A model generated the notes under the pieces. It was not told the origin of the DNA and did not search any database. It saw only the letters and a program-made list of their open reading frames with translations. Position numbers and translations under genes: made by a program. DNA of 64,000 nt from Alphaproteobacteria bacterium (GTDB lineage: Bacteria; Pseudomonadota; Alphaproteobacteria; Rhizobiales; Xanthobacteraceae): contig JAXDOD010000102.1 in assembly GCA_034669045.1 (NCBI GenBank), positions 12,192 through 76,191 of the forward strand, given 5' to 3'. This document shows positions 53,679-62,120 of the stretch, piece after piece. Within the stretch, counting starts at the first letter, position 1; each line of letters opens with the position of its first letter.

Positions 53679-54227
53679 CTATTCCGCCATCAGCGCCAGC
53701 GCGATCAGCGCGACATCGGCCAGCACGCAAAACTCCCCCTGGCGCATCGCATCGATGACGTCTTGGCGGGTGAGGAGTTCGATCTCGGTCTCTTCGAGGT
53801 CATCGGAATCGATCTCCCGCATCTTGACCCCGCCCCGGGCGGTGAAGAAATGGACGGTGGCGCCGCCCTGGCTCGCATGGGTCCGGAAGCTCTGGACCTG
53901 ACGCCATTGCGAGCAGCGATATCCGGTTTCCTCCATGAGCTCGCGTTGCGCGGCAGCCAGGGGCTCTTCGCCCGGCTCGACATGCCCGGCCGGCAGGGTG
54001 AGGGTGACCCTGCGGATGCCGTGCTTGTACTGGCGCTCGCAGATGAATTTGCCCTCGACGGTTTCCGCGAAGACGATCGAATAGACCGGCATTTCGACCT
54101 GGCAATAGTCGTCGACGATGCGGCCGTCGGGTAGCTCGACAGTCTCGAGGAACACCGCGATCCGCGGGTCGAGCCGGAAGAGTTCCCGGCGCGCGAGCGT
54201 CTTCCAGGGCTCGAGAGGTTTCGCCAT
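53679..54227 (-). CDS. Nudix hydrolase (sugar-nucleotide / ADP-ribose pyrophosphatase-like)
   Basis: Canonical Nudix box GHVEPGEEPLAAAQRELMEETGY. The ATG at 54227 lies inside a longer track ORF. Confidence 0.8.
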   Translation of the reverse strand: MAKPLEPWKTLARRELFRLDPRIAVFLETVELPDGRIVDDYCQVEMPVYSIVFAETVEGKFICERQYKHGIRRVTLTLPAGHVEPGEEPLAAAQRELMEETGYRCSQWRQVQSFRTHASQGGATVHFFTARGGVKMREIDSDDLEETEIELLTRQDVIDAMRQGEFCVLADVALIALALMAE

Positions 54228-54240
54228 CGGATCGGGGCTC

Positions 54241-55209
54241 CTAGGCCGGCAAACTCTGCCGCGGGGTCGCGGCATACCACTGCACCAGGTCGCGCAGGCC
54301 GTCCTCGAGCGCAATCGCCGGCGTAAAGCCGAGGAGGCGCTTGGCTTTCGACGTATCGACGACGCGCACCGGGATCGTCGTCGGCTTGGCGGCGTCGAAA
54401 CGCACCTCGGCGCCGCCGTGGCCGGCTGCGCCGAGAATGATCTCGACGAGCCGCCGGACAGTGACACCCGCGCCATAGCCGATGTTCACCGGGTCGCAAG
54501 CGGCGTGCTTTTCCATCGTCAGGAGACAGCCGCGCGCCAAATCCTCGACATGCAGGAAATCGCGCACCTCCTCGCCGGTGCCCCAGACCTCGAACGGGTT
54601 CATCTTGTCCACGGCTTTGCGCACTAGCGCCGGGATCACGTGGCTGGTGTCGGGCCGGAAATTATCGTGCCGGCCATAGATCGCGGTCGGCCGCACCAGC
54701 GCGACCTGGACGGCGGAGCGGCTCGCCACGAACTCGGCCATGCGTTCGAGGTAGCGGCGCATCCAGCCGTAGCCGAGATAGGACGGATGCACCGGCCCGC
54801 TCCACATCTCCTCCTCCCGGATCGGATGCTCGGAAGCCGGATAACCGGTGCTGCTCCCGAAGATCAATATCCGCTCGACCTGCGCCGTCCACGCCGCCTG
54901 CAGCACCTGCGAGGTCAGCACCAGGTTGCCGGTGATCGATCCCATCGCGTTGCTGGCGGCAAGGCCGGCGGCCCCGACCGAGCCGGCCGCGTGGAATACG
55001 AAGTCGACACCCTTCATGACGGCGACGCAGTCGGCCTGCCGGGTCAGGTCGGCCTGCACGGTCTCGATGCGCGGGTCCGTCACGAGCGGCGCCCGTTCAT
55101 GGACCGGGATGCGCACGCGCGCGCCCTGCCCCAGCAACGCCTTGACGATATGCGTGCCGACGAAGCCGCTCCCTCCCGTCACCAGCGACAGCCGATTTTC
55201 GAAGAACAT
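54241..55209 (-). CDS. NAD-dependent epimerase/dehydratase (SDR), paralog of 57651-58664
   Basis: LVTGGSGFVGTHIVKAL. It shares the HPSYLGxGW...RY.E block with the 57651-58664 product. Confidence 0.8.
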   Translation of the reverse strand: MFFENRLSLVTGGSGFVGTHIVKALLGQGARVRIPVHERAPLVTDPRIETVQADLTRQADCVAVMKGVDFVFHAAGSVGAAGLAASNAMGSITGNLVLTSQVLQAAWTAQVERILIFGSSTGYPASEHPIREEEMWSGPVHPSYLGYGWMRRYLERMAEFVASRSAVQVALVRPTAIYGRHDNFRPDTSHVIPALVRKAVDKMNPFEVWGTGEEVRDFLHVEDLARGCLLTMEKHAACDPVNIGYGAGVTVRRLVEIILGAAGHGGAEVRFDAAKPTTIPVRVVDTSKAKRLLGFTPAIALEDGLRDLVQWYAATPRQSLPA

Positions 55210-55227
55210 CCGGCCCTCGCTTGGCGG

Positions 55228-56133
55228 CTAGACCGCGCGGCGCGCTCCGGGCGCGGCCAGGCCGGGCGCCTGGTCAAGGAGCCGCTGCGCGGCGGCGCGG
55301 ATGCCCGAGGGGTCGAGCCCGATGCGTTTGCGGATATCGTGCACGGTTCCGTAGTAGCAGCAGAATGCGTCCGGCAGCCCGTGATAATACGCGTTGAGGC
55401 CGCCGGTTTCCGAGACCGCCTCATAGAGCCCATGAGCATCGTGCACCACCAGGATGCGCGTGTCGCGGAAGCGCTCGATCAGCGCCTTGTCGATCGGCTT
55501 GAGGGTATGGAAGTAGACGAGATTGACGGGAAGGTCGCGGCAGGCCTCGATCACGTTCGGCAGCAGCGGGCCGGCGGTCATCACGGTCACGGCGCCGCCG
55601 ACATTCTTGATGAGCGTGCCCTTGCCGAATTCGAGATTGGTCTCGATCGTGTGCGGGTTGTCGGAGAGCCGGAAATAGCTCGGACGCTGGTTGTTGTATT
55701 GCGACCGCAGCAGCGCATCGACTTCGCGCACCGACCCGGGCTGAATCACCTCCATGCCCGGCAGGAGGCGGAGCACCGCGAGGTCGGTCCAGGCGTGATG
55801 GGTCGCGCCGTCCCAGGCATAGTCGAAGGTCGCGCCGCAGGTGACGATATTGCCGCCGAACTCGTTGTAGCACATGTCGAGCTTGATCTGCTCGAGGCTG
55901 CGCTCGGTCATGAACGGCGCGATCGAGTGCACGAACGGGTGGAAGCCCTGCGAGCTCAGGCCCGCGGTCACGCTGATCAGCGTGTTCTCGCAGATGCCCA
56001 TGTTGTAGAAGCGGTTCGGATACTTGTCCTGGAAGTCCTTGAACAGGAAGAAGCTGATGTCGCCCAGGATGACGACGACGCGGTCGTCCTGCGCAGCAAG
56101 ATCGAGGCAGGTGTTCTTAAACTGCCGCCGCAT
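55228..56133 (-). CDS. Transketolase, C-terminal (pyrimidine-binding) subunit; split transketolase pair 2
   Basis: RFYNMGICENTLISVTAGLS, THHAWTDLAVLRLLPGM and the C-terminal TK domain. Confidence 0.85.
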   Translation of the reverse strand: MRRQFKNTCLDLAAQDDRVVVILGDISFFLFKDFQDKYPNRFYNMGICENTLISVTAGLSSQGFHPFVHSIAPFMTERSLEQIKLDMCYNEFGGNIVTCGATFDYAWDGATHHAWTDLAVLRLLPGMEVIQPGSVREVDALLRSQYNNQRPSYFRLSDNPHTIETNLEFGKGTLIKNVGGAVTVMTAGPLLPNVIEACRDLPVNLVYFHTLKPIDKALIERFRDTRILVVHDAHGLYEAVSETGGLNAYYHGLPDAFCCYYGTVHDIRKRIGLDPSGIRAAAQRLLDQAPGLAAPGARRAV

Positions 56134-56899
56134 CGAGCTCTCCCATCAGCGTCACGAGCTCGTCGGCCTTCGGCGACTTGCGGTGCCATTCATAGACGTT
56201 GTCGATCATGGTCCGGCAGCCATGCCCCTTGACGGTGTCCGCGACGATGACGCGAACCCCCTTGGCCGGTGTCGCCAGCGCGCCCTTGAGCGCCGCGACG
56301 TCGTGGCCCGGCACCTGGACCACGTCACAGCCGAAGGCGCGGAAGCGCTCGGCTGGATTGGGGATCGGCAGCGAGCGCTCCTGCGAATGGTTGTGGTCGT
56401 AGAGCACCGTGAGGTTGTCGAGCTTGAGGTTGGTGGCGACCATGATCGCTTCCCAGACCGAGCCTTCGTTCGATTCGCCGTCGCCGATCAGGGTGTAGAC
56501 GCGGCGCGGGCTACCGGAGATTTTCGCCGCGAGCGCGACGCCGACCGCAAGCCCGATGCCGTGGCCGAGCGAACCGGTCGAGGCCTCGACCCCCGGCACC
56601 TTCATGCGGTCCGGATGGCAGCCGAATTTCGACTGGTAGGCGCCGAAGCTTGCGACCTCGTCGAAGCCGAAATAGCCGCTGGCCGCGAGCACGCAATAGA
56701 AACCCAGCGATGCATGCCCCTTGCTGAGGATGAAGATGTCGCGCTCCGCCATGTCCGGCCGCTTGGGATCGTGGCGCATGGTCGAATACAGCGCGAACAG
56801 CATTTCCACGATCGAGAACGAGGTCGGGATGTGGCCGTGGCCCGACTTATGCGACGCCGACAGGATTTCCGAGCGGATACGCTTGCAGAGCGGGTCCAT
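56117..56899 (-). CDS. Transketolase, N-terminal (ThDP-binding) subunit; split transketolase pair 2
   Basis: GHGHIPTSFSIVEM, SKGHAS, GSLGHGIGLAVGVAL and LIGDGESNEGSVWEA. The ATG at 56897-56899 forms an ATGA overlap with the upstream stop. Confidence 0.85.
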   Translation of the reverse strand: MDPLCKRIRSEILSASHKSGHGHIPTSFSIVEMLFALYSTMRHDPKRPDMAERDIFILSKGHASLGFYCVLAASGYFGFDEVASFGAYQSKFGCHPDRMKVPGVEASTGSLGHGIGLAVGVALAAKISGSPRRVYTLIGDGESNEGSVWEAIMVATNLKLDNLTVLYDHNHSQERSLPIPNPAERFRAFGCDVVQVPGHDVAALKGALATPAKGVRVIVADTVKGHGCRTMIDNVYEWHRKSPKADELVTLMGELDAAAV

Positions 56900-57684
56900 C
56901 ACAGCACCGTGTAGGATATGCGGGCCGTCATGGGAAGCCGCTCGATCTTGAGATCGCTGAGCCCGAACACCTCGCGCAGCGCAATGGTCTCGCCGGGAAA
57001 GTAGGGATCGCATAGTTCGTCGAACACCAGCACGCTGCCTTTGAACAGGTGCGGCTTGATGGCCGCGAGCGCCGCCTTGGTCGGCTCGTAGATGTCGAAG
57101 TCGAGGATCGCGAGCGAAATCAGCGTCTCCGGATGCTGCTTGAGATAGGCCGGGATCGTGTCGGCCGCGTCGCCGCGCACCAGTTCGTATTTCTTGAGAT
57201 GCGGGATCGGATTGAGCGCTTCTTGCAAGGCCAAAAGCCGGTCGAGATATTGCTCGTAATTCTCGCTCACCGAGAACGAACCGTCGACCGAGTTGCAGAA
57301 CGTGCCGTCCTTCTCGCTCATGCCTTTGAAGCCGGCGAAGGTGTCGAAGCCGACAATCTTTCGATGGCGGTTGAACGGCTCGAAGATCCCGCGCAGCGCC
57401 GAGAGGACGGACAGCGACTGCCCCCAGCGCACGCCGAATTCCATGATCACGCCGTGGGTGTTGAGGATCTTCTTGTAGATCTCGTGGAAGAACAGCACGC
57501 GCGAGAGCGCCTTGGACGTGAGGAACAGGCCGAGGTTCGGCAGGATTTCGTCGTCAGGCAGCGGCGCCGCCTTGAACAGCTCCACGAAGGCGCGCGCCAC
57601 GTCCTTCTCGCTCTGGCTCGAGAGGATGATCGCGTCGTGCTTGTCGGTCTTTATTTCCGCCATGTGTGCCTGTTGGCCTTCCAC
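56899..57684 (-). CDS. TylF/MycF-like class I SAM-dependent (O-)methyltransferase
   Basis: VIMEFGVRWGQSLSVL, GFDTFAGF, LVRGDAADTI and LAILDFDIYEPT, as in macrocin-O-methyltransferase-type enzymes. Confidence 0.78.
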   Translation of the reverse strand: MEGQQAHMAEIKTDKHDAIILSSQSEKDVARAFVELFKAAPLPDDEILPNLGLFLTSKALSRVLFFHEIYKKILNTHGVIMEFGVRWGQSLSVLSALRGIFEPFNRHRKIVGFDTFAGFKGMSEKDGTFCNSVDGSFSVSENYEQYLDRLLALQEALNPIPHLKKYELVRGDAADTIPAYLKQHPETLISLAILDFDIYEPTKAALAAIKPHLFKGSVLVFDELCDPYFPGETIALREVFGLSDLKIERLPMTARISYTVL

Positions 57685-58664
57685 CAGTCGAAAGTCCGCC
57701 GCACCCCCGCCTCGATACCGACCGTGGGTGCCCAGCCGAGCGCGCGCCCGGCCTTGGAGCAGTCGAGCGCGCGCAGACGGATGGTCTGCGGCTGGTCGTC
57801 CTTATAGCGAAGCTCGCGCGGGTTGTGCGCGGCCTGATCCAGGCACCAGTCGACGACCTCGCCAACTTTCGTCATGCGTCCCGAGCCGATGTTGAAGACG
57901 TCGAACGTGATCTCGGCGGTGTTCAGCATTTTGACGATCGCCGCACCGACATCGTCCGCGTAGACCACGTCACGGACGACTTCGGGGCTCCCCCAGACTT
58001 CGAACGGATCGGCCCGGTCCGCCGCCTTGCGGATCGTCGCTGCGATGAAGTTCGATGCATCGGGATCGAACTTGGCGTAAGGCCCGAACACGTTGGCGAG
58101 GCGCGCGATCACGATCTCCATCCCGGCGCTGTGGTGCCAGAACGCGCAGGCCTTCTCGATGTAGCGCTTGGCCCAGCCGACCCCGAGATAGCTCGGGTGA
58201 GGGTCCTCATCGAGCGCCAGTTGATCCTCGCGGATGAAGCCATCGAACTCCTGATAGACCGTTGCGGTGCTCACATACACCACCCGCCGGACCCCCGCCA
58301 AGTGGAATGCGTCGAGCATGCGCAGGTCCATCACCACGTTGTCGGTCACCTGCTTCCACGGCTCGCTCTGCGCCATGCGCGCCCCGCCGGTGACCGCCGC
58401 GGCCATCACGGCGCAATCGCAGCCGGCCGCGACCGAAGTACAATCGGCGGCCTCGCGCAGGTCGGCCTCGACGTATTCGACCGCGGGATGTTCGACGAAC
58501 GCGCCGGCGCGATTGCGATAGGGAACCCGGATGCGCGCGTCCGGCGCGACCGCCAGGACCTGCCGCACAACCGCCGATCCCGTCATGCCGGTGCCGCCGG
58601 CGACGAGGACACGCTTGCCGCTCAGATCCATCGGGTCATCATCAGCGGGTCGGGAAGGTTTCAC
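57651..58664 (-). CDS. NAD-dependent epimerase/dehydratase (SDR; candidate 4-reductase/epimerase for a GDP-linked 4-keto sugar)
   Basis: VLVAGGTGMTGSAVVRQ. It sits directly downstream of the 4,6-dehydratase. The start is 58664 or ATG at 58631. Confidence 0.8.
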   Translation of the reverse strand: MKPSRPADDDPMDLSGKRVLVAGGTGMTGSAVVRQVLAVAPDARIRVPYRNRAGAFVEHPAVEYVEADLREAADCTSVAAGCDCAVMAAAVTGGARMAQSEPWKQVTDNVVMDLRMLDAFHLAGVRRVVYVSTATVYQEFDGFIREDQLALDEDPHPSYLGVGWAKRYIEKACAFWHHSAGMEIVIARLANVFGPYAKFDPDASNFIAATIRKAADRADPFEVWGSPEVVRDVVYADDVGAAIVKMLNTAEITFDVFNIGSGRMTKVGEVVDWCLDQAAHNPRELRYKDDQPQTIRLRALDCSKAGRALGWAPTVGIEAGVRRTFDWWKANRHTWRK

Positions 58665-59658
58665 CCCTGGCGATACGGGCGCGCCAGTAGTCCAGAAGGT
58701 CGCTCATCGTCTGCTCGAAGGGAATTTCGGGTTTCCAGCCGACGTGCCGGGCGAATTTCGTGGTGTCGGGCACCTGCAGGTCGGCATCGATCGGCCGCAG
58801 CCGCTGGGGATCCGCTTCGATCCGGATGTCCTTGCGCGTCGAAAGCGAGAGCAAACTCTTGAGCATGTCGCCCACGGTACAGGAGAAAGTGCCGCCGATA
58901 TTGTAGTAGGCACCGGGCACCGGCTTGACCGTGACCAGCATGTGATACGCGCGCACGGCGTCGCGCACGTCGGCCCAGGTGCGCATCGACTGCAGGTTCC
59001 CGGTCTTCACCACCGGCGGGATCAACCCTGCCTCGCTCATGGCGATCTGCTTGGCGAAGGTCGATTCGGCGAAGACGTCGCCGCGGCGCGGGCCGGTATG
59101 GGTGAACATGCGCGTCGTCATCACCGTCATGCCGTAGGCTTCCGCGTAGAAGCGGCCGATGAGGTCGGTGCCGACCTTGGAGATGGCGTAGGGCGAGGCC
59201 GGGTGGAACGTGCACTCCTCGCCGATCGGGAGCTTCTCCTTCGAGACCCGGCCGAAGACTTCCGAGGACGAGCATACATGGATGACCGGCTTGAGCCCTT
59301 CGGCGCCGCGGATCGCCTCCAGGAGCCGCGCGGTGCCCTGGATGTTGGTATCGTAGGTGTCGAGCGGCGAGGAAAAGCTGGTGGTCGGAAAGCTCTGCGC
59401 CGCGAGGTGGAAAACGTAGTCCGGCCGCGACTTGGCGACCACGTCGATGAGCGAGACGGTGTCGCGCAGTTCGCCGTAGACGAGTTCGATGCGGTCCTTG
59501 GCATTGATGCGCGGCATCAGGTGGCGGATGTTGTCGAGCGGGCTGCGCCAGCGGCACATCCCGTACACGTCCCAGTCCGTGTGCTCGATCAGGTAATCCG
59601 TCAGATGCGAGCCGACCATTCCGGTCATGCCGGTCACAAGCGCCCGTTTCCTGCTCAT
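58642..59658 (-). CDS. gmd: GDP-mannose 4,6-dehydratase family (Gmd; possibly GDP-heptose 4,6-dehydratase DmhA-like)
   Basis: ALVTGMTGMVGSHLTDYL, SSSEVFG, SPYAISKVGTDL and MTTRMFTHTGPRRG. ATGA overlap with ugd. Confidence 0.85.
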   Translation of the reverse strand: MSRKRALVTGMTGMVGSHLTDYLIEHTDWDVYGMCRWRSPLDNIRHLMPRINAKDRIELVYGELRDTVSLIDVVAKSRPDYVFHLAAQSFPTTSFSSPLDTYDTNIQGTARLLEAIRGAEGLKPVIHVCSSSEVFGRVSKEKLPIGEECTFHPASPYAISKVGTDLIGRFYAEAYGMTVMTTRMFTHTGPRRGDVFAESTFAKQIAMSEAGLIPPVVKTGNLQSMRTWADVRDAVRAYHMLVTVKPVPGAYYNIGGTFSCTVGDMLKSLLSLSTRKDIRIEADPQRLRPIDADLQVPDTTKFARHVGWKPEIPFEQTMSDLLDYWRARIARGETFPTR

Positions 59659-61061
59659 GACGGAATGGCGTCTCGCTTGCCGGCGCTGCGCGCGGGCGCC
59701 GACCGGCTCCTGGCGCGGTCATTTGGCGGTTCTTCGGTAGGCACGCGTCCGCGCGCCTGCGCGCGTCCGATGCCGGCGTAAATGAACCCTTTCTCGCGCA
59801 TCACCTCGGCGCGATAGACGTTGCGCAGGTCGACCAGGACGGGTTGCGCCATCACGGTCTTGAGCTGGTCGAAGTCGAGCGCGCGGAACTGCTCCCACTC
59901 GGTCACGATCACGAGCGCCTGCGCGCCTTTCGCACAGGCATAAGGCCCGTCGCAATAGGTCACGTCCGAGAGCACCAGCTTGGCCTGCTCCATGCCTTCC
60001 GGATCATAGGCGCGCACCTTGGCGCCCATGTCCTGCAACGCCGTGATCAGCGGGATCGAGGGCGCCTCGCGCATGTCGTCGGTCTTCGGCTTGAAGGTCA
60101 GCCCGAGTACGGCGATGGTCTTGCCCTGCACGCTGCCGCCGAGCGCGGCCACGACCTTGCGCGCCATCGCGCGCTTCCTGGCGTCATTGACTGCGACCAC
60201 GGTTTCGACGATCCGCAGCGGCGCCTCGTTGTCCTGCGCGGTCTTGATCAGCGCGACTGCGTCCTTTGGAAAGCAGGAGCCGCCGAAGCCCGGCCCGGCA
60301 TGGAGGAATTTTCCGCCGATGCGGTTGTCGAGCCCGATGCCGCGCGCCACGTCCTGCACGTCCGCGCCCACCCGCTCGCACAGTTCGGCGATCTCGTTGA
60401 TGAAGGTGATTTTCGTTGCCAGGAACGCGTTCGCCGAATACTTGATCAGTTCGGCGGTGCGCCGGTTGACCGTAAGGATCGGCGCCGCGTTGAGGTAGAG
60501 CGGGCGGTAGAGTTCCGCCACGACCTCCCCGGCGCGCGCATCCTCGGTACCGACGACGATACGGTCGGGATGCTTGAAGTCTTGGATCGCGGAGCCTTCC
60601 CGCAGGAATTCCGGGTTCGACACCACCGCAAAATCGGCGTCGGGCCGGGCCTGGCGGATGACGTTTTCGACCTGGTCGCCGGTGCCGACCGGCACGGTCG
60701 ACTTCGTGATCACGACCGTGAAGCCCTCGAGCGCCGCCGCGATCTCGCGCGCCGCGCCGTAGACATGGGTGAGATCGGCATGGCCGTCGCCGCGGCGCGA
60801 CGGCGTGCCGACCGCGATGAAGACCGCTTCGGCGCGGCGCACCGCCTCCGCCAGCCCGGTGCTGAAGGACAGCCGCCCCTCGCTCGAATTGCGCGCGACC
60901 AGACCCTCGAGGTCGGGCTCGTAGATCGGCATCACGCCGCGCGTGAGCGCGGCGATCTTGTCCGCGTCCTTGTCGACGCAGGTCACCTGGTGTCCGAAAT
61001 CGGCAAAGCAGGCGCCGGAGACGAGACCAACATAACCACTGCCGATCATTGCGATGCGCAT
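59655..61061 (-). CDS. ugd: UDP-glucose 6-dehydrogenase
   Basis: MRIAMIGSGYVGLVSGACFADFGHQV, GGSCFPKD and LGLTFKPKTDDMREAPS. There is an Arg/Ala-rich C-terminal tail of about 30 aa. Confidence 0.9.
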   Translation of the reverse strand: MRIAMIGSGYVGLVSGACFADFGHQVTCVDKDADKIAALTRGVMPIYEPDLEGLVARNSSEGRLSFSTGLAEAVRRAEAVFIAVGTPSRRGDGHADLTHVYGAAREIAAALEGFTVVITKSTVPVGTGDQVENVIRQARPDADFAVVSNPEFLREGSAIQDFKHPDRIVVGTEDARAGEVVAELYRPLYLNAAPILTVNRRTAELIKYSANAFLATKITFINEIAELCERVGADVQDVARGIGLDNRIGGKFLHAGPGFGGSCFPKDAVALIKTAQDNEAPLRIVETVVAVNDARKRAMARKVVAALGGSVQGKTIAVLGLTFKPKTDDMREAPSIPLITALQDMGAKVRAYDPEGMEQAKLVLSDVTYCDGPYACAKGAQALVIVTEWEQFRALDFDQLKTVMAQPVLVDLRNVYRAEVMREKGFIYAGIGRAQARGRVPTEEPPNDRARSRSAPARSAGKRDAIPS

Positions 61062-61472
61062 GGTCCGTGGTCTTTCTCGCCGCGCCGATGTCGTTCATCC
61101 GGCCCGGCAGGGGTCGGCCGGGGCCCGGCCCGGAGCCCGATAAGGCCCGATATTGTCCGATATTGCCCCAGAAGCTCTTGAATCGCCTTCTGTTTATGGC
61201 GCGCCGGACACACAAAACGACGATGCCGGGCCTGTCAAGATGCGCATCAGACGTGCTTGGACCGGCGCACCAACCAAATAACCCGGCGCCGGCAGGCCTC
61301 GGCAGTGGCGCCGGCGCGGCGCGGCCCGGCACGGACACAAAGCTGCCCGCTTTGGACGCCAGACGAGGCCGGGGATAGTCGGATGTTGCCGCTCGGCCTG
61401 CGACCCTTGTGTGTTAGAATATTCTTAATCGCTCGCTGCCCAAATCGATGGCCGAGGGCGCAGGGGAATTCA

Positions 61473-62036
61473 ATGGGGTGGGGTGAAGCCCGCGCGAACT
61501 TCAGGCGATGGGCCCGCGTGCCGGCCGTGCTCGTGGCCGGAGCGCTGACCGCAGGCTGCTTCCAGCCGCTCTATGGCGGGGGGACATCGCCGGACCAGCC
61601 GACCGTGCGCAGCGCATTGCGTTCGGTCGACGTGCTCGAAATCGCCGCCCCCGCGAATTCGTCCGAGGCCCGTATCGCAGTTCAGATGCGCAACGACCTG
61701 ATGTTCGGTTTTACCGCCGGCGCCGATCCGCAGCCGCCGACCCACCGGCTCAAAGTCCAGATCACCGGCGGGCGTTCCGTGGTCACCATCGACCGCCAGT
61801 CGGCCCTGCCGAACGTGGAGGCATACGGACTCAACTCCACCTATTCGTTGACCGAGATCGGCACCGGAAAGGTGGTCGTGACCGGGCGCGCCTCCACCAA
61901 CGTGTCCTACGACACGCTCGGCCAGCAGCGATTCGCCCGCATCAGCGGCATGCACGACGCGGAGCGCCGCGCCGCCAAGGTCATCTCCGACAACATCACG
62001 ACACGGCTGGCATCCTATTTCATCAGCGGGAGCTAG
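61473..62036 (+). CDS. Lipoprotein, LptE (LPS-assembly lipoprotein)-like
   Basis: Lipobox LTAGC followed by FQPLYGG. The length (187 aa) and pattern resemble alphaproteobacterial LptE. The ATG at 61473 lies inside a longer track ORF. The family assignment is from memory only. Confidence 0.5.
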   Translation: MGWGEARANFRRWARVPAVLVAGALTAGCFQPLYGGGTSPDQPTVRSALRSVDVLEIAAPANSSEARIAVQMRNDLMFGFTAGADPQPPTHRLKVQITGGRSVVTIDRQSALPNVEAYGLNSTYSLTEIGTGKVVVTGRASTNVSYDTLGQQRFARISGMHDAERRAAKVISDNITTRLASYFISGS

Positions 62037-62120
62037 CTCCCGTCATCCGCCCTCGATCTCCACCAAACGGCGTGTATCATGGCGGGGCGGTCCCAATGAT
62101 CGCCGATCCCGGCGGGTGCG

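Noticed and set aside
61141-61170. The direct repeat CCGATATTG x2 (61146-61154 and 61157-61165) upstream of ugd.
   Set aside because: It is short (9 bp), single and unremarkable. It could be a promoter element, but chance occurrence is plausible, so I did not call it as a feature.
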